DNA from: Tricharina praecox
Taxonomy: Eukaryota
Length of the DNA: 64,000 bases
Reading direction: 5' to 3'
NCBI RefSeq assembly: GCF_024521635.1
Contig: NW_026250424.1
Span: 62,001-126,000 of the forward strand
This document shows, in pieces, positions 1-11,854 of this stretch. Under the pieces are notes generated by a model, which worked only from the letters and a program-made list of their open reading frames with translations, did no database searches and was not told the origin of the DNA. The position numbers were made by a program, and so were the translations under genes. Within the stretch, counting starts at the first letter, position 1, and the number at the start of each line of letters is the position of its first letter.

Positions 1-955
1 ATCGCCGTCACATCTGCTTCCGCTGCATCTGGCTGGAAGAACATCGCCTCTAGCGATCTTCGCTGCTCGAAAAGCGCTACGAGTGACTCTGGCCGGATGC
101 CTGTGCCAGCCATACAGAAGTAGTGTACCAGTCCAATCGATGCGTTCGCCCCGGAAACCCGATCACCTTAGAGTACCGTGCCTACGGTATGTACTGCACC
201 CAAATCTACGCGTTCTTATTCTTCTCTTAACTCTCCACTCTCCACTCTATCGACCTCGACCTCGCCCTCGACCTCGTCAACGTACAGTAATCAATCTACT
301 ATACGGCAACCCGGTTTGCAAGAGGGTGTGACGTTTTCTCGGTCAGCTTGCGCCAGTCAGCGACTTCCGTTAACTTATGGCCTAGTCGAAATGGCTCGGA
401 GGAATGACGCGGGGGGTGAGGATGGGGTCGGGTGTGTGCAGTGGTGCGCGGAACAAGGTCCCGAGATCTCTCTCAACAGGCGGCTGTGGGGGGGCTACCG
501 GGAGCGGATCGCGTTTTCCTAGGGTTTCTTCTTCTTCTTCGTCTTCGAGAATGTTTTGACCGCAGCGAGTGAGGGGATCACGGACTGTGAATAGTAGAGT
601 AGAAGGCAGTGAACGGCGGATGTGGACAGACGCGAGAGGTCACTGCCTAGTGCCCAGTGCCTCTTTCTCTTCCTCTCCCTCCTCCCACCACCACCACCAC
701 CACCCACCCCCCTCCCAACCCCCATACGCATGGATCGTCGAATTGCTGGTGGTTAAAGATATTTCCCCTCTTTAGCTCGTCGTCCGATCCGGACTACTGA
801 GGTGCCACTAGTCATTGATGCGGGCGGGCTGCCCCACAATTGCGTCGCCCTTGCGCTGGAAGGGATCATCCGTGCAACACGAACGTGTCGAGACTCGAGA
901 CTTGTCGTGGCTGGGATTTCAGCTCTGGGACGGGATCTCCCGTGTCTACAAGGAG

Positions 956-995
956 TCAAATTCAAAGTCAAAGTCAAAGTCAAAGTCAAAGTCAA
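956..995. repeat. (GTCAAA)n hexanucleotide microsatellite
   Basis: Direct tandem repeats visible in sequence. Confidence 0.9.
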
Positions 996-1222
996 GGTTG
1001 AGTGCACATCTCATCTCATCCCCAGCTCGAGCTCGAGCTCGGATGTTGTCTAGAGGAGCGTGAAAACCCGCGGCAAATCAGGAACCGCGCCCATCTTCGT
1101 TCAGCATACAAGGTCAAAGGGGCGTTGTAAGATTCGGTGCAGTTCCCCGTCTGATCTTGGTGGAGGAAGCGCTCTCACCGCGAGTGACGCCGCCATTGAC
1201 GGTGCGAGCTTGCTCTACTCTA

Positions 1223-1800
1223 TGGTTGGGGACACCTAAAATAGGAGTGAGAAAATGCCCGACTCCATCCCCGGTTTAACTCAACCACAACACCCAGTAA
1301 AATTAAAAGAGCTCTATAGCATGATAGAGGAAGGGTTAAAGTAGGGCGCTATAGAAGCGAAATAAAAATACAAAGCGTGGTGAATTAATTTAAGCGGGTT
1401 GAAAAAAACTGATTTGTATGGGGAGGATTTTGGAATGTCGCAAATAATAGCATGCACTGAGGCTCTAGCGCTCTTTTAACTTCCTAAAACGGTAATACGA
1501 GTGACGGATGATGAGCCTTATTCGAGCCTTGGCGCTAGTTGATCCTTGCTCACCCTAACTGAGCTCGCGCATGAGTGCTATTCGACTTGGACCTCCTCAG
1601 AACACACGCGAATAGGTCAAAAATGGGGGCCATACGGCCCAAAAATCTTCACAATTACGAAAATTACTTGCTCTGTATTCGAAAAATTGCCTGCGACGCA
1701 CTTATTAACCCTCATTTTTGGTGTAGACACTATAGTCACTCGTGATTTATCAGCCAAAATGAGTGTCGTAATTCACTCCGGTTATAGGCGTCCCCAACCA
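1223..1800. mobile_element. MITE (non-autonomous TIR element), TA-flanked
   Basis: 1221-1250 TATGGTTGGGGACACCTAAAATAGGAGTGA matches the reverse complement of 1773-1802 at 26/30. TA on both outer ends (1221-22, 1801-02). AT-rich interior with no transposase ORF. Confidence 0.8.
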
Positions 1801-2662
1801 TACATCAGTACCGATCATCGCCGCCGTCCCGGTGTCATATGCGAACCGGGAGCGGCATGTCACGCTCGCTACATATGTATGGCGGAGATAGATCCGTTGG
1901 GGTATCCTCGAATACGGTATATATCACATGAATCTAGAGGCGGAGCCGTAAAGGAGTTTGCCGCCCCCGTACTCTATGTACTCAAGTACATACTCCACAT
2001 AGGTATCGGAAGACCGGTCCCTGCTTAAAGGGTTCCTATAGTTAGTACGTAATACGGGATAGACAAATGTCTTACCATTGAGATGATCCAGCTCAGGGAC
2101 CTCCGCCGACGACTCCACAGACGGCTCCACAGACGACTCCACAGACGACTCGACGGACGACTAGAGTACACGGCGGAGAGACTGTACACATACGGCAGTA
2201 TGCGAAAAGGGAATTTCGAATGTAGGTACACCGTATTCGTTCACAGAGCGCGAGTATCTTCCAGCCAGAGGAATCCAGCCAGTAATACGAGACGATACGA
2301 GATAGAGCACACCACATACATAATAGAACTCCACAATATTTACATGGGCATCTGCATGCAGGTCCAGTGGGGAACAAGCAATAGTTAGGGGCGTACCAGT
2401 TCTATCTAGCTAATGGGGTTGGTCGGCAGAGGACTCCACGACGCGGAGCCTTCACGATGCAGTTAGCAGACTCCGCGAGCACTCCTACCCCAAGTTTGCT
2501 CCGCACTGCGACCAACTTGGCGTTCCTCGGACGAGGAGAAAAAAGCAACTCTTGTCGTTCAGGCTTCGGGGCCAGAACTTTACACCCAACAGAGTGTGCA
2601 CCCCATACAAGGTGGTGTATGTATACCCGCAGATCTTGCTTCCGTTCCAGCATTCCCGTGTA

Positions 2663-3174
2663 TGGTGCCGGACGCTTTAACGGGCAAGCGAGGGACAAAA
2701 AATGACCCTCACCGCCGACCGCTACTCCTCGCCACCACAACAAAAGAATTTATTTTGAAACCGTAGAATGGTAGAGTAGTATGTTTAGAACGGTTCTACG
2801 GTTTCAAAATTAAATTATCGATGGTTGGTGGAGAGGAGTAGGGCTTGAAAAGTCGGGTATTTTGTATGAGGGGGTGTGCCATTGGACATACGCTAGACCT
2901 ATAACCATCTTAGTGCAAAGTGAGTGATAATTAATGAGTAACCCAAGTAACATATACAAACGGAAAAAAAAGTGGATCTACAAGAGCACGGCTGGAGTGG
3001 CGGTGAGTAGGACAACAGGACGAATCATAAATTAAGTCAATCGAGCAAAAACTGGTTGAAATATTGGTTTACCACCAAAGGTTTTTGCGAGGTCATATTT
3101 TCGCACTCGATTTCTTGGCGGCCCACCTCCATTGGACATGCCAAGACGCTAGCCCGTTAAAGTGTCCGGCACCA
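2663..3174. mobile_element. MITE with internal palindrome, TA-flanked
   Basis: 2661-2690 TATGGTGCCGGACGCTTTAACGGGCAAGCG matches the reverse complement of 3147-3176 at 28/30 including TA. Internal perfect 17-bp inverted repeat at 2752-2768/2794-2810. Confidence 0.85.
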
Positions 3175-5335
3175 TAGAATATGTAGGTACCAACTCTAGA
3201 TACATACAACTTCCATCCTCCACAATCTGCAGCATTCAGGAGGCGGGTGCCATACACATGTACCTATTCTGCTGCGCCCGTGCATGACGGGCGGGAGCTA
3301 GAAGTTTAGAACTGGTCCAAGAACCCGAGCCTGGTAAGATGGAGGATGGTGGATGGAGGATGGATATGGCACTACCTGGTATGAGTTACTCTGCATGCAC
3401 ATCTCGAAGAACATGCGCGCCGTTTACCGGACCCCCCCGATTCCATGGTGGACTCTAGAGCATATGTAAGTAGAGCACCTACCTACCGATGAAGACTGCG
3501 TCTGTGCTCCCCAGGAGGTTTGGAGGATGCGGAAATTCGGCACGTATCATGTGAAATGTATCAACACATGTATTGTACTTGTACATACCGATACGAAGCT
3601 CCTACGGATCTATGTATGTGTGCACAAGTACTCTATCACTCTGCTATAGGTAGGTTGGGGTGTCTATGTACACAATAGAGCATTTTGCATGTCATGAGAT
3701 GAGCCCACGTGGAACAACGAAGCTAGGTAGCCCAAGGACCTTAAGAATGTGCAGGACGGGTACTACTCTAGTGTATATATCATAGATGTGTAGAGTATGC
3801 AGTCGGTGAGAGGACTCTGGCTAGATGTTTGCGCCCGTAGAACATATCTCCTATATACCCGTCCCACGGCCACACACCCGTTGTCACTCCCTGGTTTTCC
3901 GGAATCCAGTTGTCTTCTCGAAGCGCATGCAGTACCAGTGCCGCCTCGCACCCTCCATTCAAATTTCAGCATCCAGTTATGTAATGTAATGTTTCGGCGC
4001 ACCACTCCGAGAATGGCTGCTGGACAGGTGGGTAAGAAGTACCTATACAAGAGCTTTTATGTATGCATAGAAACAACTCCACCGCCGCCGAGGCGCCCCC
4101 GCGATGTCGGTAATTATATGGAAAGTGATATGTATGGAAGGCAAACAGAAGCCCCTTCAACCGAGACATCGTCAACCCCAACCCCAACCCCAACCACAAC
4201 CACAACCACAAAAAGCGAGTCGGATGGATGGATGGATCATGAATGGATGAATTATACATAGATGGATGGATGCACCAACTCATGCGCGCGGCGGTGACTA
4301 GGACATTAGTTACCGTATTCGCCATCCATCCATCCATCCATCCTCGAGTCCGCGACCCAAGGTAGAGACCAACCTCCGATCATCCGATCCGATTCACATA
4401 CTTACATTATACATACATTATACATACATTATACATGCATATATGCATATATAGATGCATAACTACAGCCAAAGTCTTCATCCGAGCTCGAGCACGAGCT
4501 CGGTGGGTGATCTTCACCGCCATTCGCACATAGTTAGTCTCAGTCTCGGATGCTTTGTAATGCCTGCATTCCGCGGCGTCTCCGAGTCGGCGGCAGCACG
4601 TACGATCACTCACTGCCATCACTCACCGCCTGCGCTCACCGCCAGTGCTCACCGCTCGTCGTCTACGGACGGACGTACGGGGAGGGCGGATGGACGCCCT
4701 CCCTCCCGGGAATTGGTAATGCTGGTATAAAGTATGCATACTTATGTAGATGATTGACCGGACTTTACGGAGCTGGACTTTACGGAGCTCGGCACACAAA
4801 TGAAGCCCCGGGGCCGCCGACGGGGGAGGGGGGGGGGGGCAGAGCGGGTGAGTATATACGAGTACATATCCGCGATGGCCAGCTTTAGGTGATATGGCGT
4901 GCGAGTAACCGTATACCGGTAGTTACGTGAGTCGTCTTACCGGCTCATTCCCGTTGCGTGCTGAACGTATGTATCATGGATATTACTCGCACATAGCCGT
5001 GCGACACATTGCCGGCTGAGGCTGTTTTCATACCTTCCAAGTCCCCAGGTGTTTTAGGAATCGTCGGCTTGGGGAAAACTTATGGCAGCTGCCATGACGC
5101 ATACTGGAATTTGGTTCACACAGTCACTTGGCGAGCAGTCGGGCACGGAATGAGAGTGAATGAAACTGCGGTAAGGGAGGAGCAAGTGCAAGTGCACATT
5201 GTCTGAGTTCTGAACCATCCACTGAACTGATCCATTCGCCGGTGCTTCGAATCCTTTGTAAATAACTCCATTCACCTCCATCTACTCTAGCCAACCAATA
5301 TCGTCTACACCGGGTATCACTCCACGTCTCTCATC

Positions 5336-6749
5336 TCAATACAGCGTATTAACCCTCCTCTCACCGAGCACGCCACCGACCCTCTCGGCCTCCCACCTCT
5401 TCCTACGGACCAGTATCGCCAAAGGCACATCCTCATCCTCGTCCTCGACCTCCTCATCGACGCCATAATCCGCGAGTCTCTCCCCATCCTCATTCCTCCA
5501 GCCGTCGTCATCATCGTCGCCGTCCCCATCCCCGTCCCCGTCCCGAACCAGAATACTATCCTCCATCGGCGCGATGCTCTCAACGCTCATGATGCCATAA
5601 TTCGGAATGCGCGTGGGCGGCGCCCTGACGGGGCCCCTCTCCCAGCGCTTCAGGTCCTGCGCCTGTCTTCGGCGGAAGGCGCCCACATCCATTTCTCCGG
5701 GGTCCTGAAGGATACTGACGATGCCGCTCCTCTCGAGCTGCATCTTCTCGGGGTCCTTAGGTGGCCAGACTAGATCCGGATTTTCAAAGCCGTTGACCTC
5801 CCACTCCAGGCCGGCCACCAACCCTCCCCTGACTCCGGGCACGGGTTTCCGCGCGCCGACTGTGGGCGACCGCGCGAGCGGGTTGAACCACAAGGGAAGG
5901 AAGAACTGGTACCCGAACGCCGCGACGAGGTTCTCCCAGATCCCAACGTCGTAGGGGAAGACCTGGGTGGCGACGTTGCCGCGGCGCACGGCGGCAGCGT
6001 GTCGGCTGTGCTCCCACGTTTCGATCGTGGTATACCCCGTCGCCGTCTGCTGCAGCGTCTTGAGCGAGAGCGCGAGCAGCGCGAGCCACAGCGGGAAATC
6101 GATTAGCAGCAGTGCAGCCAGGAGGAGGAGCTGGCTGGTTGAGTGTGGCGAGTAGTAGGATGGCAGGTCCCGCGCTACCCATACCGCGTACGCCCGCGAG
6201 ATGAGGGATAGCAGCAGGTAGAACGTCGTGCTAGTCGCGTAGAAGAGAAAACGCAGGAAGTGTGGGGTGTTGCGGTAGCCGATGCAGGATGCCGTCCACG
6301 GGCAGTGGTGGTCCATCTTCAGGATGCAGCTACACTCCGCCCATCAATGATCAGCTCCCTGCCTCCCATCCATCATCCCCTCTACGACCGATGGGTGAGA
6401 TTTACCGTTTGCATGTTTTACAGTGATGGGTCCTAGCAGGCTTATACCTCTCGCAGCGCTTACACCATCTGGCATGTGTGGCGACCAGACGGCGCTGTTC
6501 AGCGCGTCCACGGCCATCCTCAGCATCTTCAACAACGGGCGGGACCCATTCCTTGGGCGGCGAGCCGGGATCGGTAAAGATTGAGCGCGCGTAGGTGATC
6601 CAGATGCAAGCTACGGCGGCGTTGAAGAGGATGTGCTGGTTGCGTGTCCAGTACGGTGACAGCAGGTAGATTTGTGACGGGTAGGCTAGGAAGGCGATCA
6701 GCAGGACGACGCCGGTGACGGCGAGGTGGGACAGCTTCGGGTCGAGCAT
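5336..6749 (-). CDS. PFA4: DHHC palmitoyltransferase, Pfa4-like (2 exons; intron 6405-6330)
   Basis: Splicing GTAAAT..TAG joins WCKRCERYKPARTHHCKTCKR to CILKMDHHCPWTASCIG. TM helices, TTIE motif, FPYDVG.WEN motif, acidic C-terminus. Confidence 0.9.
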
Positions 6750-7196
6750 TGCATCGTTGGCGGCGCGGCTTTGGGGACGGCGGAGCTGGGAGCTGGCTGC
6801 TGGTGACGTGGTTCATGGGCCGGGTAAAAGAGTCACTGGACTAGGCGGCGGAAAGGTGATGGACATTGCTGCGCGTTCGCACCACTGCTTTCAGGTCTCT
6901 TTCAGGTCTTCTTCATGAGGATACAACTATAGTCCAATTCAACTCATCAACATCGAGAGACGCGATAAAAACAGGAAAAAAAAACATAGCAACACAGCGC
7001 AGCAGCAAGAGCAGCATCGCTAAAAATCTAAGCAAAAGAAGAATTCCCCTCCCCACAAAACCACTAGGAAATCCAAACAAACTCCCAATAGGGACGACCA
7101 AGCAACGGAATAGAATAGATATGTATATGTAATCCAGCACGCGGTGCCCAAAAAAACGAAAAGCGAAAAGCGAATAAGTATCAAATCTAAGCAAGT

Positions 7197-10100
7197 CTAC
7201 CACTCATCCTCATCGTCGTCCTTCTTCGACATGCGCACCTGCCGTTGCTTCAACTATGCAATCATCAGTATCCACTTTCATAATGCGGGAATGGGATCAA
7301 CTTACAGCCTCGGCCAACCCGCCTGCAAAACTGTCTCCACTCGTACTCGCCCCCGAGCTGCCGGTAGCACTGTTCCGATCTGGCGTTCCGGCAACACCGG
7401 GCCGCTTCGGCGGCGCCGGGGGCTTATTCGGTCTCTTGGGTGGCGGTGGTGCAGCCTTCTTCGGGGGCGGGGCGACTTCCTCCAGGTACTCGCTTGGTGC
7501 CCATCCTTGCGCGTTGGAGTCGAGCCGTTTGACCAGCCACCAGCCGTTATCGTTCTTCTGGAGGAGCGCTACCACATCGCCGAAAGCCACCGATAATTCT
7601 TGGCTGGTGGAGCCGACGAAATCGAATTTGGCTTTGCACATTGGGTCAGCCGAAGGCGGGGGAGCTTCGACAGGTGGAGGTGGAGGTGGCGGTGGTGGCC
7701 GCGTCGAGGCTGTTGAGGGTGTCCGTGCGTGTGACGCCACTGCTGCCGTGACTGTCGGCGCGACGGGTTTCCGGACAGGCGTAGCGTGAGATGTCGCTGG
7801 TGCCGGACGAACAGCGACGTTGGCGATTGGTTGAGGGGTAGGTCGCTGTTCCTGGGGCAGCGGTCGTGCAGCGGCCGGCCGACTGTTCCCTGCTCCACCT
7901 TTGGGCCCACCTGGTCGTAGTAGCTTGCCGGTGGTGATCGGTTTCGCCGGCTGTTGCTTACCCTTCGGCGTGGGTTTACTGGTAGAGTTCGGCGGTTCAC
8001 CGGGTCCAACGTGAATGGTCGAAGACTTGTAGAGGTCGTCCCGGGGGACCGTGGGATCTTTCTTAGACTTGACGATCGCCTTCTTGCCTGGCTTCTTCGA
8101 GTACTCAATTGTAGGATTGATCCGAATCTCGATGCCAGCCTTGAGGATGATGTTCAACTGAGTGATGAGCTCAGTCTTGAATACACAAGAGATCAGGGGA
8201 TCAGGCGCCTGAGGAGATCCAATTCCCAGGCAGAACCAATCGTCGCGGAGGTTGGTCATACCGATGAACTTGATGGCGCCTATAGGAATATTGTGTTCCG
8301 CGGTAATGGACAGTTGGCCGTTGACCACAGCCTGAGAGATAACATAGAAAGCGCGGTTCGTCAAGATGAGTACCCGAGGACTGGGCTTACTACTGCGGCC
8401 CAACTTTGAAATGAGAAGCTCGCCTCTGCAGCTAAAGACCACATTTTCTGCCGCGCTGATACCGGTAGTGTTCTTGAGCATTTCACCGGGGCCACCCCTA
8501 TTGCCGGCCCCAAGGTAATCGCCCATGAACCGTCGGCTTCCCAAGAGACTCATTCTTCTCCGCTCCTTCTTGCCGCTGAGCTGCCTATGCCCTTGATCTC
8601 GCAGCTTCAAGAATTCCTCTCCACCGCGCTTCTTCCTCCATGCCCGTTGGATCCTGGTGGCACACTCGGCACGGTACCGCAGATAGTTCCTCCACGCACG
8701 CTGGATGCGGGTCGCCATGTTGTGCCAGTACCGATCTCTCATGGTCTCAAGCGCAAAAAGTGTCTCGGGGGTCTTGATGAACGCCTTCGTGACACCCATC
8801 TGCCATTCATCCTTCGGGATGCTTGTGTCCTTCAGGATCTGCAAGACACCGGACTTGGAATCGCCAGTCCACGTGAAATCTCCAGCATAACTGGTTTTGG
8901 GCGAGAGCAGATAAAAGCGCTCAATGAACTTCTCGAATGACTGTCTGTAGGCGAATCCAGCACGACGGATTCGCACGTTCTCCTGGAGACCGAGGTACTT
9001 GATCTGATGCAGGACTGCCGGAACGTCGTACTCGGTGGGACTCTTATTCTGATTGGGCTTGATGGTGCGGATGTACGACGGCTGAGCCTTCATGAGGGTC
9101 TGCACGAGGTCATTGGCGGAAACCTTGATCTTGTCACCGGCGGTTGGCGGCCGTCGCTTGTTGTCCCTGTCGATCTGCTGCGGGAAGAGGGTTTTGATGA
9201 AAGGGTTCGCACTCGCTGCCACAAGCTCAAGGATATCCTTGAGCAGCTGATCCCTATTCTTCTCGGTCATACCCGGAACACTGTAGTGCACGTCACCGGC
9301 GTAGTGCTTGATCACGAACTGGCCCGACCGATTCTCAAAGTGCTTGTGATCTCCGAGCCTATTCAGTCCCTGGACGAACGCTCCGTCGGCGGAGGATGGA
9401 TCCGCATGTCCCGTGGCGCAGGCATCATTGAGTGCAGCGAAGACACCCGGTGGTCGCTTCTCCTCGATCAGGTCGCACACAACTTTGTTGTCGAAGTACT
9501 TGATCGGCGTCCATTTGATCTGTTCTCGCTCGTACTCCTCCTGCTCGGTCCTGAGGGTGAGCTGAATGAAGATCTGCTGGAGCTTCTCGTTGACGTAGTT
9601 GATGCACAGCTGCTCGAACGAGTTGGTATCGAAGATCTCGAATCCGTAGATATCAAGGATTCCAATCGAGTTCGCTACAATGCCACCCTGCGTCTGCATA
9701 GCCAGGTTCACGCGATCCACAATCCACTCGAAGAGGTTGTTGTAGATGGCCTTGGCGAGTGCATCGCGGACGGAACTCGCCTGCGCTGGATTCAACGGCA
9801 CCTCGTAGACACTTCCCCTCCGTCCGCCATGACTCGTCTCCATGATCCTCAACGTGAGCGCCCTGTTCACAGCCGCGCCGTCGACCTCGAGTAGGTATGC
9901 GACAAAGTCTGTAACCGAAGGATCGACAATTGCACCTTTGCCGTTGTCGTCCTCGGCGAATTGGATGTTCCCCAGCCACAGGATGGTGGACAGCATCCGG
10001 AAGATCTGGTCCTGCTCTTGCTGCGATAATCCAATGATTTGCATCGCCTGCAGGGTCTCCTGGAAATCCACCACGTCGTCGATCCCCGGTACCTGCATAC

Positions 10101-11172
10101 AGCCGGATTTGGAGGTGTAGACGTAAGACTCGGGTCCCTGAATGCCAAACAGTTCTACCGCGCGTCAGCGACCCATCACACCCGTAGAAAATCGCCCTTG
10201 CAACCAACCTCGGTGCTGTTGGCTAGCAGCCTTCGCGAACTGGTAAAAGATGTGGAAATTCCTCTCTTCCCGAATCTGTCCCACAACCCTATTCTTCTCC
10301 AGCAGGTAATTGGTGATATTGGCACCAACAGGCTCTCCTTGCGAGTTGAACTGGATCTCGAGGTACTTTCCGTGCCGACTCGAATTGTTATTTCTGAGCG
10401 TTTTCGCGCACCCGAAGGATTCCAGCAGCGGATTGGTCGCAAGAACCATGTCCTTGATCTGCTGAATCGTCGACGACGAGGTCGACGAGGCCGCCGCGAT
10501 GTACTGCATTATCCGCTTCGCCGCCTCGGTCTTTCCGGCTCCAGATTCACCACTGCTATCCATCAGCATCCCATGAACACACCACCACCGCCAAAGGGGC
10601 CGACATACCTGATGATGATACACTGGTTCTCTTTGTATCCGTTCATATTGTAATACGAGCTCTCGGCAACTGCAAAGACATGCGGCGACATCTCCAGCCG
10701 ATTCTTCCCTCGATAACTCGCCAGAACCTCATCCGTATAAATTCCGAGATCACGGAACGGATTGACCGAGATCAACACATGGCCGATATACGTCTGCGAG
10801 CGACACACACCGTCAGCCACACCCTCCTATGCATGCATCCACCGCTCACGCTCTCCCTCTCCCGGGCAGACATACGTAGATCTCCTTGTTCTCGAACCGC
10901 TTCTTGAGGTTCTCGTTGATCGCCTCGTTGGTGATCTTTGAGATGAGCGTGAGATCCGACACGCCGACCTCCTTCTTCTTGGTGGATTCGAACGCGGCCT
11001 TGCGCACTCCCGAGGACTTTCCCGACGGTGCCGCACTCGCGAAGTCGGCGTCTTTCGCGGCGCCCTTTTTGCGCCCGGCGCGTTTTGTGACACCCTGTTG
11101 CTACATGAGCGGGGGGACGGGGACGGGGGCGGGGAGGGGGAAATGGAGGTCTAAGGGGCGGGTGGGTACCAT
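7197..11172 (-). CDS. myoA: Class I myosin (motor, IQ, TH1, SH3, acidic tail); 6 exons
   Basis: ATG-only first exon at 11172-11170. Introns 11169-11095, 10875-10794, 10608-10553, ~10208-10155 and ~7303-7254. Motifs GESGAGKT P-loop, [22 protein letters not shown]3 (AKFDF..GWW..APSEYL), terminal DDDEDEW*. Confidence 0.97.
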
Positions 11173-11854
11173 GTGGAAAGAGGTTTATCGCGGTGCTGAA
11201 GGTGTGGTTGCGTTTTTTGTTCCGTAAATGCGGGGTGTTGCTTGCTTGCTCTAGCCTTCACTGCTGTTGTTGTGGAGGTGGAGGTGTGATCGCGTCCGAT
11301 CGAGTCTGTGCGATGGATGGGGGGGATGGTGGAGATGATTGACAATGGTGACTGGAAGGGTGAGTTGGAGCTCAAGCAGCACCGGTTTCCTATATGGGAT
11401 TAGCGGTTACGTGGAGGCTCTGGTGCTGGCTGGCTGGGATGTTGGCGGGTGGCAGTTGCTTGTTTGGCGTGCTTGCTAAAACGCCGAGAGGATTACGTAC
11501 GCTTGGAGGCAAAAGAGGATGGAGGTGACGAATGGGGCATTGCTGTGGCATGGAGAGGCGTAATGAGGATATGACGGTGATAGCCTGGGCGTTTTGCTTG
11601 GAATTTACATTGAATATTGGGGGCCTTGCTTGGAATTTTCAATGAAGATTGCGGGTCGTACTGGTAATGGTGTACCTGGACACTCTCGGGTAAGACGGGA
11701 TAGCATCATTCCGATCACTCGGAAGCTAAGAAAACGGTGCCTGAATATAGTCGAGCTTTCCTGACACCGCCTTCAGCTCATCTATAACCCTCAATGTCTC
11801 ATCTACTTCGTCTATAAGCAAAACTTTTGTCTACCTTCGTCTCACGCTCTTCCA

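Noticed and set aside
1218..3179. One large 2-kb TIR element
   Set aside because: The outer ends match at only 14/18, and each end has a much better partner nearby, giving two separate MITEs.
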